From NCBI GenBank assembly GCA_026016225.1, contig CP061210.1, positions 450,000-513,999 on the forward strand: a stretch of DNA of 64,000 bases, in the 5' to 3' direction. The position numbers and the translations under genes are program-made. Source of the stretch: Candidatus Nealsonbacteria bacterium (GTDB lineage Bacteria > Patescibacteriota > Minisyncoccia > Minisyncoccales > JANBVM01). Under the pieces are notes generated by a model. It was not told the origin of the DNA. It searched no databases and worked only from the letters and a program-made list of their open reading frames with translations. Shown here one piece after another: positions 18,059-27,361 of this stretch; position 1 is the first letter of the stretch; every line of letters starts with the position of its first letter.

Positions 18059-19696
18059 TTAAATCTGGTGAGACTTTAAAAAATTACCATCAACGCAACT
18101 CCTATATCCTTTTGAAGTTGCACAACTCCCACATAAACCAATTCCACATTTTGTTAAAAACTCTATTGCAGAATATATTTTCTCCGGATTTATATATTTA
18201 CTTTCCTTCCGGATAGCAGCTTTTACCATAGGCTTTGGACCACAGTTTATACAATACTCTGGTTGGGTATTTTTTATAATTTCTTCTAACACATCGGTTG
18301 CTAATCCTTTGTAACCTATTCCACCGTTTTCTGTAACAAAATAAACTTCATCAAACACTTTCTTAAACTTTTTTAAATCAGGCAAATGATTTTTATCCTT
18401 TGCTCCTAATAATGCAATCATATTTTTGTTTCTTTTGCCAAAAAGATATAAAGCAGCAATACCCGTTCCTCCTCCAACCAAAAGAGTCTCCCCTTTTATT
18501 TTTGGAGAAGTTCCGTAAGGACCACGTGTGTAAATAACATCATCTTTTTTCAAATTTAATAACTCATTTGTAAAATATCCTCTTTTCTTAACAAGTAGAG
18601 TTAAAGGTTCATCATCAAACACAGAAAACGGTTTCTCTCCCTTCTCCGGTAGCCAGACAAAAATAAATTGCCCTGGCTCTACGTTTATACCTCTGTCTAA
18701 CTTTAAAATAAATAAATCCTCAGCTATCTGTTTATTCTCTTTCACCCTGTATCTTTTATATTCCATTTTAGTATCTTTTAAAAAGCCTTCTGCGTTGTTT
18801 GTTCCGTTTTCTAAATCCAATAGCAATTCGTAGAAATATCTTTTTATCTCTTCTGTATTCATTCCGACCAATGCAGAGCCTATTCCAAAAAAGTTGGCAC
18901 CTGCTTCCTTATATCTTTTTATATCTTTTATTGTTGAAATGCCGCCGCATGAAATTATTGGCAAATTTGTAATTTTTCTTAGCTCTCTTACACATTTTAA
19001 ACCAATCTCTAAAATTGCCTTTCCAGAAATACCTCCAACTTTATTTGAAAGAATTGAATAGCTGTCATGTAAGCACGTTTCCGGTCCCTTTGTATTTATT
19101 GCTGTTATTCCAGAAGCACCTCCTCTAATTGCATATTTTACAGTTTCTTTTACATCTAAATTGGGAGAGATTTTTACGAAAACAGGTTTTCCTAAAGAAG
19201 CAATACTTTTTGTTAATCTCTCTACCAATTCCTTATCTCTACCCACAACCTGACCGTATTCTTCAGAATGAGGACAAGATATATTTAGCTCAAATCCATC
19301 ACTATAATTATATAGAATTTTGGATATTTCTTTTAATTCCTTTTCACAATTTCCAAATACTGAAGTCAATAAGAATTTATCATTTGGAATACTTATTTTT
19401 GATAATCTTTCTGCGAATTCTTTTGCTCCGGGGTTAGTGAGACCAACAGCATTAATAAAAGATAAAGGAGCATATTGGGCAATAATAGGTTCTTTATTTC
19501 CTTCACAGGATTTTATACCAATACTTTTTGTAGTTATTATTCCCAATTCCGGGATTTCATTAGCAAACTTTTCAATAACTGATACCTCTGTAGTAACTAT
19601 ACCTGAGGGTATTGTAAAAGGCGCACTAATTGTTTTGTGAAAAAAATTATACATAGGCGTAACGGTCAGCATATAATTGTAGGGTATGGCGAGCAT
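18059..19696 (-). CDS. pyrD: Dihydroorotate dehydrogenase (class 1B-like catalytic domain) fused to a PyrK-like FAD/NAD(P)-binding and 2Fe-2S electron-transfer domain
   Basis: N-terminal TIM-barrel motifs (GLTNPG, NISCPH, AINTKGP, GGISG, SCGGIST). C-terminal LLVGGGTGIA and CGIGLCGSC. The start may be an internal Met. Confidence 0.75.
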   Translation of the reverse strand: MLAIPYNYMLTVTPMYNFFHKTISAPFTIPSGIVTTEVSVIEKFANEIPELGIITTKSIGIKSCEGNKEPIIAQYAPLSFINAVGLTNPGAKEFAERLSKISIPNDKFLLTSVFGNCEKELKEISKILYNYSDGFELNISCPHSEEYGQVVGRDKELVERLTKSIASLGKPVFVKISPNLDVKETVKYAIRGGASGITAINTKGPETCLHDSYSILSNKVGGISGKAILEIGLKCVRELRKITNLPIISCGGISTIKDIKRYKEAGANFFGIGSALVGMNTEEIKRYFYELLLDLENGTNNAEGFLKDTKMEYKRYRVKENKQIAEDLFILKLDRGINVEPGQFIFVWLPEKGEKPFSVFDDEPLTLLVKKRGYFTNELLNLKKDDVIYTRGPYGTSPKIKGETLLVGGGTGIAALYLFGKRNKNMIALLGAKDKNHLPDLKKFKKVFDEVYFVTENGGIGYKGLATDVLEEIIKNTQPEYCINCGPKPMVKAAIRKESKYINPEKIYSAIEFLTKCGIGLCGSCATSKGYRSCVDGNFLKSHQI

Positions 19697-20579
19697 TAGG
19701 CTCTATTGGAAGATCACGGAGTGCAATTTGTGCCGGTATCCAAATATAATCTTCTGCCTCTTCGTTTAATCTAACATGCTTACTTTTCACATTAACTACG
19801 TTATCAACAAAAATATGTTGTATCCCTGACAAGTAATAACCAGAATTCTTTATTTGATCAAAAGTGCAAAGATGCTCTCCAACTTTCCCCTCTAAACCTG
19901 TTTCTTCTTTAACTTCTCTAAGTAAAGCATTTTCAAGGCGTTCATTTCTACGAACTTTGCCACCTACAATTGAATAACGCCCCTTCCACTTATGAGTTTT
20001 TACAAGAAGAATTTCTTTTTCTTTTTTTCCAGAATCATATTCAATAATTCCTCCTGCAGCCACAACAGAACCAGGAACCATTAAGTCTTCCCAGAGTTTA
20101 TGAATTGTTTGTTGGTCCTGCGTTATTTTAGGTTCTGGAAGTTGCCCGTATTCTTGAATAAATCCAGCAAGATCTCGGGCTTTCCAGATGGAATTTTTAT
20201 GCACATATACAGGATGATCCCGTGGGCTCTCTGAAAAAAAACATCTTACATTTGTAACTTGAGCGATACCGAGCTCATAAGATGCACTTTTACCTATGTA
20301 TCCTTCTGGATCTATAAAGTAACTGAAACCGTTTTCTCCTAATCTCTTCAGATTATGCAAATATAATAATTCAATTATCCGAGGATCTTTATTTTCCTCT
20401 CCTTCTAAAAACGCAAAACCCTCTACAGAAGAAGTGATTTCTGCTTCACGTGGCGCTAAAACTTCAATGCCAGCTTCAGTAAAAATACGGTGAGTATTTT
20501 TAATTAAACCCCAATATTTGCGGAAACTGCCGTGCAACACACACCGAAAAGCTGTTTTTTTATTATTAGCTAATTCCAT
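19647..20579 (-). CDS. Nucleoside 2-deoxyribosyltransferase-like domain fused to a NUDIX hydrolase domain
   Basis: N-terminal half has GKSASYELGIA (NDT/DNPH1-like catalytic Glu context). C-terminal NUDIX box GGKVRRNERLENALLREVKEETGL. Confidence 0.65.
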   Translation of the reverse strand: MELANNKKTAFRCVLHGSFRKYWGLIKNTHRIFTEAGIEVLAPREAEITSSVEGFAFLEGEENKDPRIIELLYLHNLKRLGENGFSYFIDPEGYIGKSASYELGIAQVTNVRCFFSESPRDHPVYVHKNSIWKARDLAGFIQEYGQLPEPKITQDQQTIHKLWEDLMVPGSVVAAGGIIEYDSGKKEKEILLVKTHKWKGRYSIVGGKVRRNERLENALLREVKEETGLEGKVGEHLCTFDQIKNSGYYLSGIQHIFVDNVVNVKSKHVRLNEEAEDYIWIPAQIALRDLPIEPNARHTLQLYADRYAYV

Positions 20580-20613
20580 ACTTTTCCCGTCTTCATATTT
20601 ACCCGATATGATG

Positions 20614-20709
20614 AAAAAATCAAGCTTAAAATGAGCTTGATTTTACTATCTTGGCTCTTGGACGCTTGCCCTTCCGAAGCTAAAGCTGAGGAAGGATGTT
20701 AGAACCTGA
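20614..20709 (-). repeat. S-type intergenic repeat with internal hairpin insertion
   Basis: Minus strand: (TAG stop)TCAGGTTCTAACATCCTTCCTCAGCTTTAGCTTCGGAAGGGCAAGCGTCCAAGAGCC...ATCAAGCTCATTTTAAGCTTGATTTTTT. Confidence 0.7.
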
Positions 20710-21237
20710 CTAAGCTATCCCATCTCTTAAACTTTTATCTGATGTATTATTATATTTACCTTTCCAAGTATCTTTCTTACCTTTCTTTAGAATCTTATCA
20801 ACCAGTTCAATTTCTTCTCTAAGACCAGGAACGAATTTGTATTTATCTAACTCAACTGCTGTAATCCAGGCATAATCTACTGATTCTTCTGAAAGTTTAA
20901 CCTCTCCTGAACCATAGTCACAATAAAGACTAATAATTATAGTTGGAATATCATCTGCTCTAATGAAAGAAAGACTTAAAAGGTAACGAATGTTTTTAAC
21001 CTTTAATCCGACTTCTTCTTCAATTTCTCTTTCTAAAAGATTTTCCAGGACATTATACCAGTGGTCAGCTGTGTCTTTGGGCAGGCTTGAGTAATCACTC
21101 TGTTTAAGTTTTCCTCCAGGAACCGTCCAAAGTCCTGGAAATGCTTTTTCTTTTGGACTTCTTTTTGTAATCAAATATTTACCATCTTTAACAATAATTC
21201 CAGTAACTACTACATAGTGAAGTTTTTTGTCTATCAT
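20710..21237 (-). CDS. NUDIX hydrolase
   Basis: NUDIX box GGKLKQSD...LLEREIEEEVGL. 175 aa. Confidence 0.8.
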   Translation of the reverse strand: MIDKKLHYVVVTGIIVKDGKYLITKRSPKEKAFPGLWTVPGGKLKQSDYSSLPKDTADHWYNVLENLLEREIEEEVGLKVKNIRYLLSLSFIRADDIPTIIISLYCDYGSGEVKLSEESVDYAWITAVELDKYKFVPGLREEIELVDKILKKGKKDTWKGKYNNTSDKSLRDGIA

Positions 21238-21243
21238 ATCTTG

Positions 21244-21252
21244 ATTCTACCA
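21244..21252 (-). promoter_or_regulatory. Extended -10 box TGGTAGAAT, 6 nt from the ATG (leaderless-type)
   Basis: Minus strand: TTAGATTGGTAGAATcaagatATG. Confidence 0.5.
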
Positions 21253-21286
21253 ATCTAAAATAGGATTTTTACAATGTTTATTTTTT

Positions 21287-21514
21287 CTACTTTAATACCT
21301 CCTCCATCCTTTCCTTTATTTTTGCAATTTCTTCATCTAGTTCATCTTCCCGAGATTCTAATGCCTTCTTTTTTCCCTCTCCTAATTCATCAGGGTGTAT
21401 AAGTTTTGTCTCGATATCAGCTTTCTCCTCCATTAATTTTTTCAATTTCTCTGCTAATTCCTGCGCTTCGGGAGTCGGTTCTCTTGACTCTCCTCTTGGT
21501 TCTCCTATTGGCAT
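21287..21514 (-). CDS. Small acidic coiled-coil protein (75 aa)
   Basis: ORF only. E/K-rich. Confidence 0.35.
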   Translation of the reverse strand: MPIGEPRGESREPTPEAQELAEKLKKLMEEKADIETKLIHPDELGEGKKKALESREDELDEEIAKIKERMEEVLK

Positions 21515-21581
21515 ATTTATAAAAAATAAATTAAATATTAATAAAATCGACCTTTTATTTTATCCCACTTCCTTACAAGAT

Positions 21582-21653
21582 AAAACCCGAAACAACAACT
21601 CTCGGGCAAAAAATCGTAACTCCCGCCGACTGGACGCTGTTAGAACCTGTTTG
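21582..21653 (-). repeat. S-type intergenic repeat
   Basis: Minus strand: CAAACAGGTTCTAACAGCGTCCAGTCGGCGGGAGTTACGATTTTTTGCCCGAGAGTTGTTGTTTCGGGTTTT. Confidence 0.75.
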
Positions 21654-21663
21654 GTTGGATTAA

Positions 21664-22872
21664 TTACTCTGAGAAGCCAAAAGTAAAAAGGATTTGGCTG
21701 TAGAGCGTTTTATTATCTTCGTTGTCTACATCTAACATACTAATCTTAAAAAGTTTATCATTCTTTATGAAGTAAGTATCTTCTTGAGAATAAGCCATAG
21801 GTGATTTGGGGGTATAGACTCTGATAGCTGGTATTCCGTCTACTTCCATATTTATCTCATCGGGAATATCTTCGTAATAAGGAAAGTTTTCTTTAACCCA
21901 TTGAACAAGGTCTGTGCCAACAGGAGGACTATAATAATCAACATAAATAGAATGGAAAACAACGAATGAAGCACCGGTTAAATCAGATTTTGTGCCGGTA
22001 AATGTTCCGAGAGACACGCTGTCTGGATCTTCGCCATTTAAGTAACACAGGCATTCTCGAGGTCTTTCTTCTGGTGGTTTTAGTTTACAATAACCGGGCA
22101 AAGGACCATAAAGACAGTCTGTGGGATACTTAAAAGAGTAGCCATATTTTTCACTCGTATAAACCTGCCAGTCCTCGGTTGCATATTCCATCTCGGTTTT
22201 CTCTAACTTGCCGCATTTGACAGTTATATCCCACTCCCACTTATCAGCTTCAGGCATAATCATCGGACCTTCTGCCTCTTTATATCCAGTAAGACCTCCT
22301 GCAACCGCACAAACATCTTTATCTTTCTTGTATCCTGTTGATTCCGAAATAGTGCCAGCTGCTATATTGTAAAGATCTACCTCAAAGCCATTATCTTTTA
22401 AAAACTGTTCAATACTATCATATTGTTCACTTGATATTCTATTAGCTTCAAATCCTTTTCCAACCACAATCTCCTCTGTTATTTCTGGGTCTACCTTAAC
22501 AATCCACTTAAATTCAACTTCTTCTGCTTCTGAAAAATCTATAACTGTCTCTTGCTTAAGATTTTCAAGAAGAGCTAAAACCTCATCTGAAGATACACAC
22601 TCACTTCCGTTAAAGCATTTGTCGGGTCCGCAATCACAAATTTTTACTTGATGACTGTTTTCTGGCGAACAGCCACAAGGACCAATAAGGCACAGGTTAG
22701 GAAAATCACCGGTTGCTTTGCAGCACAATGAAGTTGATACCTCTCCTCCAGAATCTATACAAGCTTGTTCTTTTTCGGTTAGTTCTTCAGGCGTTGTCAT
22801 TAATTGGTAAATCCAGTAACCCATTCCTGCAACAATTATTATAATAATGATTGCAATTATTGTTTTTGACAT
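21664..22872 (-). CDS. Membrane-anchored, Cys-rich extracytoplasmic protein (402 aa)
   Basis: N-terminal TM helix, then a Cys-dense segment (CIDSGG...CCKATG...CLIGPCGCSPEN...CDCGPDKC). Confidence 0.5.
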   Translation of the reverse strand: MSKTIIAIIIIIIVAGMGYWIYQLMTTPEELTEKEQACIDSGGEVSTSLCCKATGDFPNLCLIGPCGCSPENSHQVKICDCGPDKCFNGSECVSSDEVLALLENLKQETVIDFSEAEEVEFKWIVKVDPEITEEIVVGKGFEANRISSEQYDSIEQFLKDNGFEVDLYNIAAGTISESTGYKKDKDVCAVAGGLTGYKEAEGPMIMPEADKWEWDITVKCGKLEKTEMEYATEDWQVYTSEKYGYSFKYPTDCLYGPLPGYCKLKPPEERPRECLCYLNGEDPDSVSLGTFTGTKSDLTGASFVVFHSIYVDYYSPPVGTDLVQWVKENFPYYEDIPDEINMEVDGIPAIRVYTPKSPMAYSQEDTYFIKNDKLFKISMLDVDNEDNKTLYSQILFTFGFSE

Positions 22873-22927
22873 ATTATTTTATCATTAAGCTTATATTTTG
22901 ACCTTTCGTTTCTATTCTACCACAAAC

Positions 22928-22990
22928 AAAACCCGATAAAAATTCTCGGGCGTGCCATGTTGCGGATATTGGATGATATTACCTGTTCAG
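22928..22990 (-). repeat. S-type intergenic repeat (divergent core)
   Basis: Minus strand: GAACAGGTAATATCATCCAATATCCGCAACATGGCACGCCCGAGAATTTTTATCGGGTTTTG. Confidence 0.6.
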
Positions 22991-23000
22991 TAGGAAATTA

Positions 23001-23498
23001 TTAACCTTTTTCTCTTTTAAAAATCCCCAACTTAATTAAATAAAATAATATTCCAACCAAAAAGGATAAAGCACAAAAAAGATAAATTTGTTGGGATGAA
23101 AACAAGCCAAAAAATGGATTGTTTTCAAAGGGGTAAAATGGATTCATCTCTTTATAGAGGAATGAATCTAAAAGAAGATGGAAATAAACGCCAAAAAATG
23201 ATGTCCAGAGGATTTTTTTAAATGAGGAATCTTGAGGTATTTTGAAAATAGCCATTATTTTTTTAATCTTACCTTTTAAAAGATATAAGATTATGGCAGC
23301 TAACACTGCTAATATTGAGCCACCCAAAAAGCTATGAAAGAATCCATGAAGCGGATAATTTAAGTTTAGAAAAAGAACACAAAAGGGCTCAATATCAACT
23401 ATGACACTGGCTATAAGAAGCGTAGGGAAATCAAGAATCTTAAATAGAAGTAATCCTATCCAAGAACTTGGTCCCCAATGAAAAGGTGTAAGTGGCAT
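23001..23498 (-). CDS. Polytopic membrane protein, possibly a metal-dependent hydrolase (His-rich motifs)
   Basis: MPLTPFHWGP..., HGFFHSFLGG and YFHLLLDS motifs. 165 aa. Confidence 0.35.
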   Translation of the reverse strand: MPLTPFHWGPSSWIGLLLFKILDFPTLLIASVIVDIEPFCVLFLNLNYPLHGFFHSFLGGSILAVLAAIILYLLKGKIKKIMAIFKIPQDSSFKKILWTSFFGVYFHLLLDSFLYKEMNPFYPFENNPFFGLFSSQQIYLFCALSFLVGILFYLIKLGIFKREKG

Positions 23499-23516
23499 TT
23501 TTAAAATTTTAGTTCT

Positions 23517-24383
23517 TTAGGACTCAACTTCTATCAAACTTTTCTCATAAGCCCACCTTAGCTTTTTATCTCCCTCATATTTTTTCCTTATTTCCCAAGC
23601 TTTCTTTGAGTCATTGCCAGCTAAACTCATAAGAACTTCAGCAGGAGTAACATCTTCGAGTTCATTTCTTAACTCCCAGGATTTTTCTGAATCAAGGCCA
23701 GTAGTACTTCTTACCACATCACCTGGTAAATATAATCCCCATAATTTTTTTCCTAATCCTGTATTAAAAGCCTCTTTTAATCTAAAAAACCTTTCTGATT
23801 TATGAAGACCAATAGATTTTTGAATCCTTGCCCATACTCCTCCTCTAATTCTGTTTACTTTTGAATCGAATTTAAGGTGGTCTCTTATTTTCCAGGCTTC
23901 TTCCGAATCATCGCCCATCAGCCCCCGGCTTATTCCCCACCATAATTTTAGAGTTTCTTTATGTTCATCTAACCATTCTCGGGATTTTTCAGATGCTACA
24001 CCAGCTAAACTTATACATACGTCTGTTGCATCTTTACTCTCTCTTTCTTTCCAGGCTTCTTCTGAATCATCCCCCATTAGATCCTTAAGCGTTTCCGGGA
24101 CTCTTTCTCCCATTACTTCTTTTATTGTCTCTAAATTTTTTTCTTTTCCTTCAGACTTTTTCTCTTCTGATTTTTCTTTCTCTATTTTTTTAAATGTTTC
24201 TTCTAACTCTTCTTGTGTTCTTTCTATCTTTTCTTCTTCCTCTTTTTGCATTTTTTCTAACTCTGCCTGGTTGAATTCTTTTTCTATTTCCTTTTTTTCT
24301 TTGATTTCTTCTTCCACCCTCTTTTCTTCTTCAGGCTTTTTTTCTGTCTCCTTTTCTTTAAATTTTGGTTCTTTTTCGAACAT
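23517..24383 (-). CDS. Acidic repeat protein with (S/G)L(A/M)G-x-DS-x-x-(A/S)W-x-x-R repeats
   Basis: E/K-rich N-terminal half. At least 5 repeat copies (LMGDDSEEAWKER, SLAGVASEKSREW, LMGDDSEEAWKIR, TGLDSEKSWELR, SLAGNDSKKAWEIR). Confidence 0.5.
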   Translation of the reverse strand: MFEKEPKFKEKETEKKPEEEKRVEEEIKEKKEIEKEFNQAELEKMQKEEEEKIERTQEELEETFKKIEKEKSEEKKSEGKEKNLETIKEVMGERVPETLKDLMGDDSEEAWKERESKDATDVCISLAGVASEKSREWLDEHKETLKLWWGISRGLMGDDSEEAWKIRDHLKFDSKVNRIRGGVWARIQKSIGLHKSERFFRLKEAFNTGLGKKLWGLYLPGDVVRSTTGLDSEKSWELRNELEDVTPAEVLMSLAGNDSKKAWEIRKKYEGDKKLRWAYEKSLIEVES

Positions 24384-24415
24384 ATATTGATTAAACTAGA
24401 AGTTAAATAAAGCCT

Positions 24416-24937
24416 TTATAAGCCCTGTTTCGTACCCTTAACTTTCTTAATCAACTCTTCCCTTAATTGCTCTGCTATTTGAACATCAAGTCCAGGAAGC
24501 TTACCTTCAGTTCTTCCTATTTCATAACGCCCATATCCTCCTGAATAGCCAGCGGTTTGAATCTGGAGGTTACTTAGTCCAAGAAGTCTTGCGAAAACTC
24601 CTCTATAAATATCAACATTTTGAACTCTTTCATAGGGAATTGAAATATATTTTTTCCAGATTACTCCTTTTTCTATTTTTATCGCGTCTTCGGTTAATTC
24701 ATAACGCCAGAAACGATAAGTTAATTTAGCCCAAATGTAACAGAAAATAATATATAAAAGAAAGAATAAAATTAACCATTCCCTTGGAAGAGCAAACACT
24801 TCTTGGCTAATTGCTTTCTGAATCGTTATAAGAAAGGGCACAATGAAAAAGATGGCCAAAAGGAATCCGAAAATACCGAAGGCGAAAAAAAACTGGAAGA
24901 AAAATAACCAAACTGCTTTAGGGTGTAATTTTTCCAT
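24416..24937 (-). CDS. Membrane protein with bacterial PH domain (bPH_2 / YdbS-like)
   Basis: Two N-terminal TM helices, then YRFWRYELTEDAIKIEKGVIWKKYISIPYERVQNVDI. Confidence 0.7.
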   Translation of the reverse strand: MEKLHPKAVWLFFFQFFFAFGIFGFLLAIFFIVPFLITIQKAISQEVFALPREWLILFFLLYIIFCYIWAKLTYRFWRYELTEDAIKIEKGVIWKKYISIPYERVQNVDIYRGVFARLLGLSNLQIQTAGYSGGYGRYEIGRTEGKLPGLDVQIAEQLREELIKKVKGTKQGL

Positions 24938-24997
24938 ATTTAAACTTTATTTTAACTATAATAACCGACCTTTCTTTTTATTATATCATTATATCAT

Positions 24998-25063
24998 AAA
25001 AACCCGAGAAAAGAAAAACTCTCGAGCCGGGCCATGCTGCAGGTCTTGGACGAGAAAGTTTAA
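24998..25063 (-). repeat. S-type intergenic repeat (5'-truncated core)
   Basis: Minus strand: AAACTTTCTCGTCCAAGACCTGCAGCATGGCCCGGCTCGAGAGTTTTTCTTTTCTCGGGTTTTT. Confidence 0.6.
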
Positions 25064-25113
25064 ATAAAAAAGAGCGGCTCTATATTACCGCATCTCTATT
25101 TTATTAGATAGAA

Positions 25114-25413
25114 CTACTTAATTTTAAGAATACTGAATTTTGCTTTTTTTATACTAATGTCAAATACCCAGTCATCAGGGACAGTGTTACCATTTACCTC
25201 TAAGAGATACCAATAGTCATCAAAAAAAACACTAAAATTGTGAAAGCTATTCTTTGCTGAAACAAAGAGAATTTCTTTTAATTTTTGTATTGCTTCTTCA
25301 AAAGAATCTGCTTCTATTTCTTCTTTTCTTTTTCTGGCATCCTTATATTGTGGCCGTATCATGCTTCCAGAACACTCTTCCGTAAACTTAAAAACAAACT
25401 TTTTACTTAACAA
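25114..25413 (-). CDS. Hypothetical protein (99 aa)
   Basis: ORF only, non-ATG start. Confidence 0.35.
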   Translation of the reverse strand: MLSKKFVFKFTEECSGSMIRPQYKDARKRKEEIEADSFEEAIQKLKEILFVSAKNSFHNFSVFFDDYWYLLEVNGNTVPDDWVFDISIKKAKFSILKIK

Positions 25414-25480
25414 CCTAACATCACATTTTATTTTTTATACTTTTTAAAATTGGAGCTATACCAAGTTTATCAAAATCTAT

Positions 25481-25554
25481 AAAAAAATCAAGTTCAGAAC
25501 GAGCTTGATTTTACTCACTGGGGGCCTTGGACGATGTTAGAACCTGTTTTATGA
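25481..25554 (-). repeat. S-type intergenic repeat
   Basis: Minus strand: TCATAAAACAGGTTCTAACATCGTCCAAGGCCCCCAGTGAGTAAAATCAAGCTCGTTCTGAACTTGATTTTTTT. A separate terminator precedes it. Confidence 0.8.
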
Positions 25555-25563
25555 TGGTTTGAA

Positions 25564-25597
25564 TAAAAAAAATAGCCTTGTTGTATTACCAAGGCTT
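25564..25597 (-). terminator. Rho-independent terminator of the dUTPase-deaminase gene
   Basis: Minus strand: AGCCTTGGTAATACAACAAGGCT followed by ATTTTTTTT. Confidence 0.7.
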
Positions 25598-25610
25598 GCA
25601 TGTTTAATGA

Positions 25611-26462
25611 TTATAAATTTACATAACGAACACTAATTCCCGCTTCTTTTAACACACTTATTCCATCAGTAGTAGAGACTTCTTCTAATAAAATTACATT
25701 TTCTATTCCACTTTGGACAATCAATTTTGAACAAATATCACACGGTGCAGCATTAAGATACATATCAGCGCCTCTTGAAGAGGTGCCACCAGTAGCTACT
25801 AAATTACTCAAAGCTTGCATTTCAGCACAAATTATGCCTTTATTCCCCATGGAAATTATGTTAGAATTTTTAACTATTAAACAACCTGCTCCTTCAGGAG
25901 AATGTTCAGCTACTAATTGAACAATCGTCATATAAAACTTATCTTTTTCTTTAATCTGTTTTTGATACTCTGTAGTTCCCTCTTTAATTTCAAATAGACC
26001 GGTAGAACCAAAACCTCCTGCCCCCCTAAGGGTTTCTGGAAGATCTTCAGATTCTTCTAATACAGGAATTTTAACTTCAGAGAAAATTAGCTGAGCAACT
26101 CTCATACTTTCTTCTACTATAAAAGGTTTCTTACCCCGGTTCCTTAAGAGAACCCCTGCCTCTCCCCTGAAATCTGGATCAATGGTCCCAGGAGAATTAG
26201 ATAATTCAATATCATATTTGCATGCCAAACCACTACGGGGCCGCACTTGAGCTTCATATGTCCAAGGTATTGCAAATTGGACCCCTATTCCAATTAAAGC
26301 GCTTTCTCCAGGTTTTATTGTTATTGGGAGTTTTCCAGTTATCTCTTTGGTAATTTTATTTAACACTATTGAAGCATAAGCATCGAAACCTACTGCATTA
26401 TACGTGGCCCTTTCCGGTATACGAGCATTTTTTCTAATCTTTCTTACTTTAACATTATTCAT
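25611..26462 (-). CDS. dUTPase fused to a dCMP/cytidine deaminase-like zinc domain
   Basis: dUTPase motifs VGFDAYA, RPRSGL, GTIDPDFRGE and RGAGGFGSTG. C-terminal CAEMQAL...PCDICSKLIVQSGI deaminase motifs. Confidence 0.75.
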   Translation of the reverse strand: MNNVKVRKIRKNARIPERATYNAVGFDAYASIVLNKITKEITGKLPITIKPGESALIGIGVQFAIPWTYEAQVRPRSGLACKYDIELSNSPGTIDPDFRGEAGVLLRNRGKKPFIVEESMRVAQLIFSEVKIPVLEESEDLPETLRGAGGFGSTGLFEIKEGTTEYQKQIKEKDKFYMTIVQLVAEHSPEGAGCLIVKNSNIISMGNKGIICAEMQALSNLVATGGTSSRGADMYLNAAPCDICSKLIVQSGIENVILLEEVSTTDGISVLKEAGISVRYVNL

Positions 26463-26532
26463 TTCTTTTTCATCACTTCCGACTTTTAAAGAGCTTTTTC
26501 TTTTTAATAAGTCATATTATTAAATAATTATT

Positions 26533-26604
26533 AAAAAATCAAGTTCACTCTGAGCTTGATCTTAGCATCTGCGGGTCTTGGACGATTTTAGAATTTGTTC
26601 GATG
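26533..26604 (-). repeat. S-type intergenic repeat
   Basis: Minus strand: CGAACAAATTCTAAAATCGTCCAAGACCCGCAGATGCTAAGATCAAGCTCAGAGTGAACTTGATTTTTT. Confidence 0.75.
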
Positions 26605-26617
26605 AATACAAATTATT

Positions 26618-27145
26618 CTACTTCAGCTTTTTTAATATCTTTTGAATAAAAGCTGATTTGCGGGTCGTATATGTATCACGGTCATATTTATATTTCTGTG
26701 CTAATTTCTTTTTTAACTCCGTATATTTTTTAGCAATCTTTTTGTTTTTACGAAGATAATCTCTAAAAAGTATATGATTTTTCCAAAGTTCTCCGCTTAA
26801 CTTCTCTATATGGACATAATGAGTTCTATTAACCTCGCTTCCCTTTGCAAAGAAATGTCTTCCTCTTATGCCCGCATCTCCTTTATATTCATATCCTAAT
26901 TTTTTAAGAAGCTTAATACATTCTTCTCCAACTTTTAGAGATTTTACGCCAATAGCTATATCAATTATGGGTTTAGCTTTAACTCCAGGAATTGAAGTAG
27001 CACCAACATGTTGAATATCTAAAACATATTTTCCAATCGTAGAAAGAAGTAGTTTTTCTTCTTTTTTATATAATTTTTTCCATTCTGGTTTGTAAGTGGA
27101 TAATTTAACTTTACCTCTTTGGAGACCTATAATTTTTGATTTCAT
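26618..27145 (-). CDS. GrpB family protein
   Basis: HVGATSIPGVKAKPIIDIAIGV motif. Start moved to Met45 (27145) because the 5' extension of the tracked ORF runs through a repeat/terminator and a -10 box. Confidence 0.7.
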   Translation of the reverse strand: MKSKIIGLQRGKVKLSTYKPEWKKLYKKEEKLLLSTIGKYVLDIQHVGATSIPGVKAKPIIDIAIGVKSLKVGEECIKLLKKLGYEYKGDAGIRGRHFFAKGSEVNRTHYVHIEKLSGELWKNHILFRDYLRKNKKIAKKYTELKKKLAQKYKYDRDTYTTRKSAFIQKILKKLK

Positions 27146-27152
27146 ATACTTT

Positions 27153-27161
27153 ATTTTATCA
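27153..27161 (-). promoter_or_regulatory. Extended -10 box TGATAAAAT, 7 nt from the ATG (leaderless-type)
   Basis: Minus strand: CGCGTTTTGTGATAAAATaaagtatATG. Confidence 0.45.
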
Positions 27162-27162
27162 C

Positions 27163-27262
27163 AAAACGCGAGAGAAAAACTCTCGGGAGCTAGTGGATCC
27201 GGGGATGGTACAATATACAAACCGCTACGCTGTAATTCCTTCGGAATTAAGAGAACTTGGTT
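27163..27262 (-). repeat. S-type intergenic repeat (divergent)
   Basis: Minus strand: AACCAAGTTCTCTTAATTCCGAAGGAATTACAGCG...CTAGCTCCCGAGAGTTTTTCTCTCGCGTTTT. Confidence 0.5.
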
Positions 27263-27361
27263 TGTAAGCTTGTCCAATTAGAGCCTTGACAGAAATTAAG
27301 AGATAGGTTAAAAGTAAGGTAGAAAATTAAATTATTAATAAAAGATAACTTGTGATAAAAA

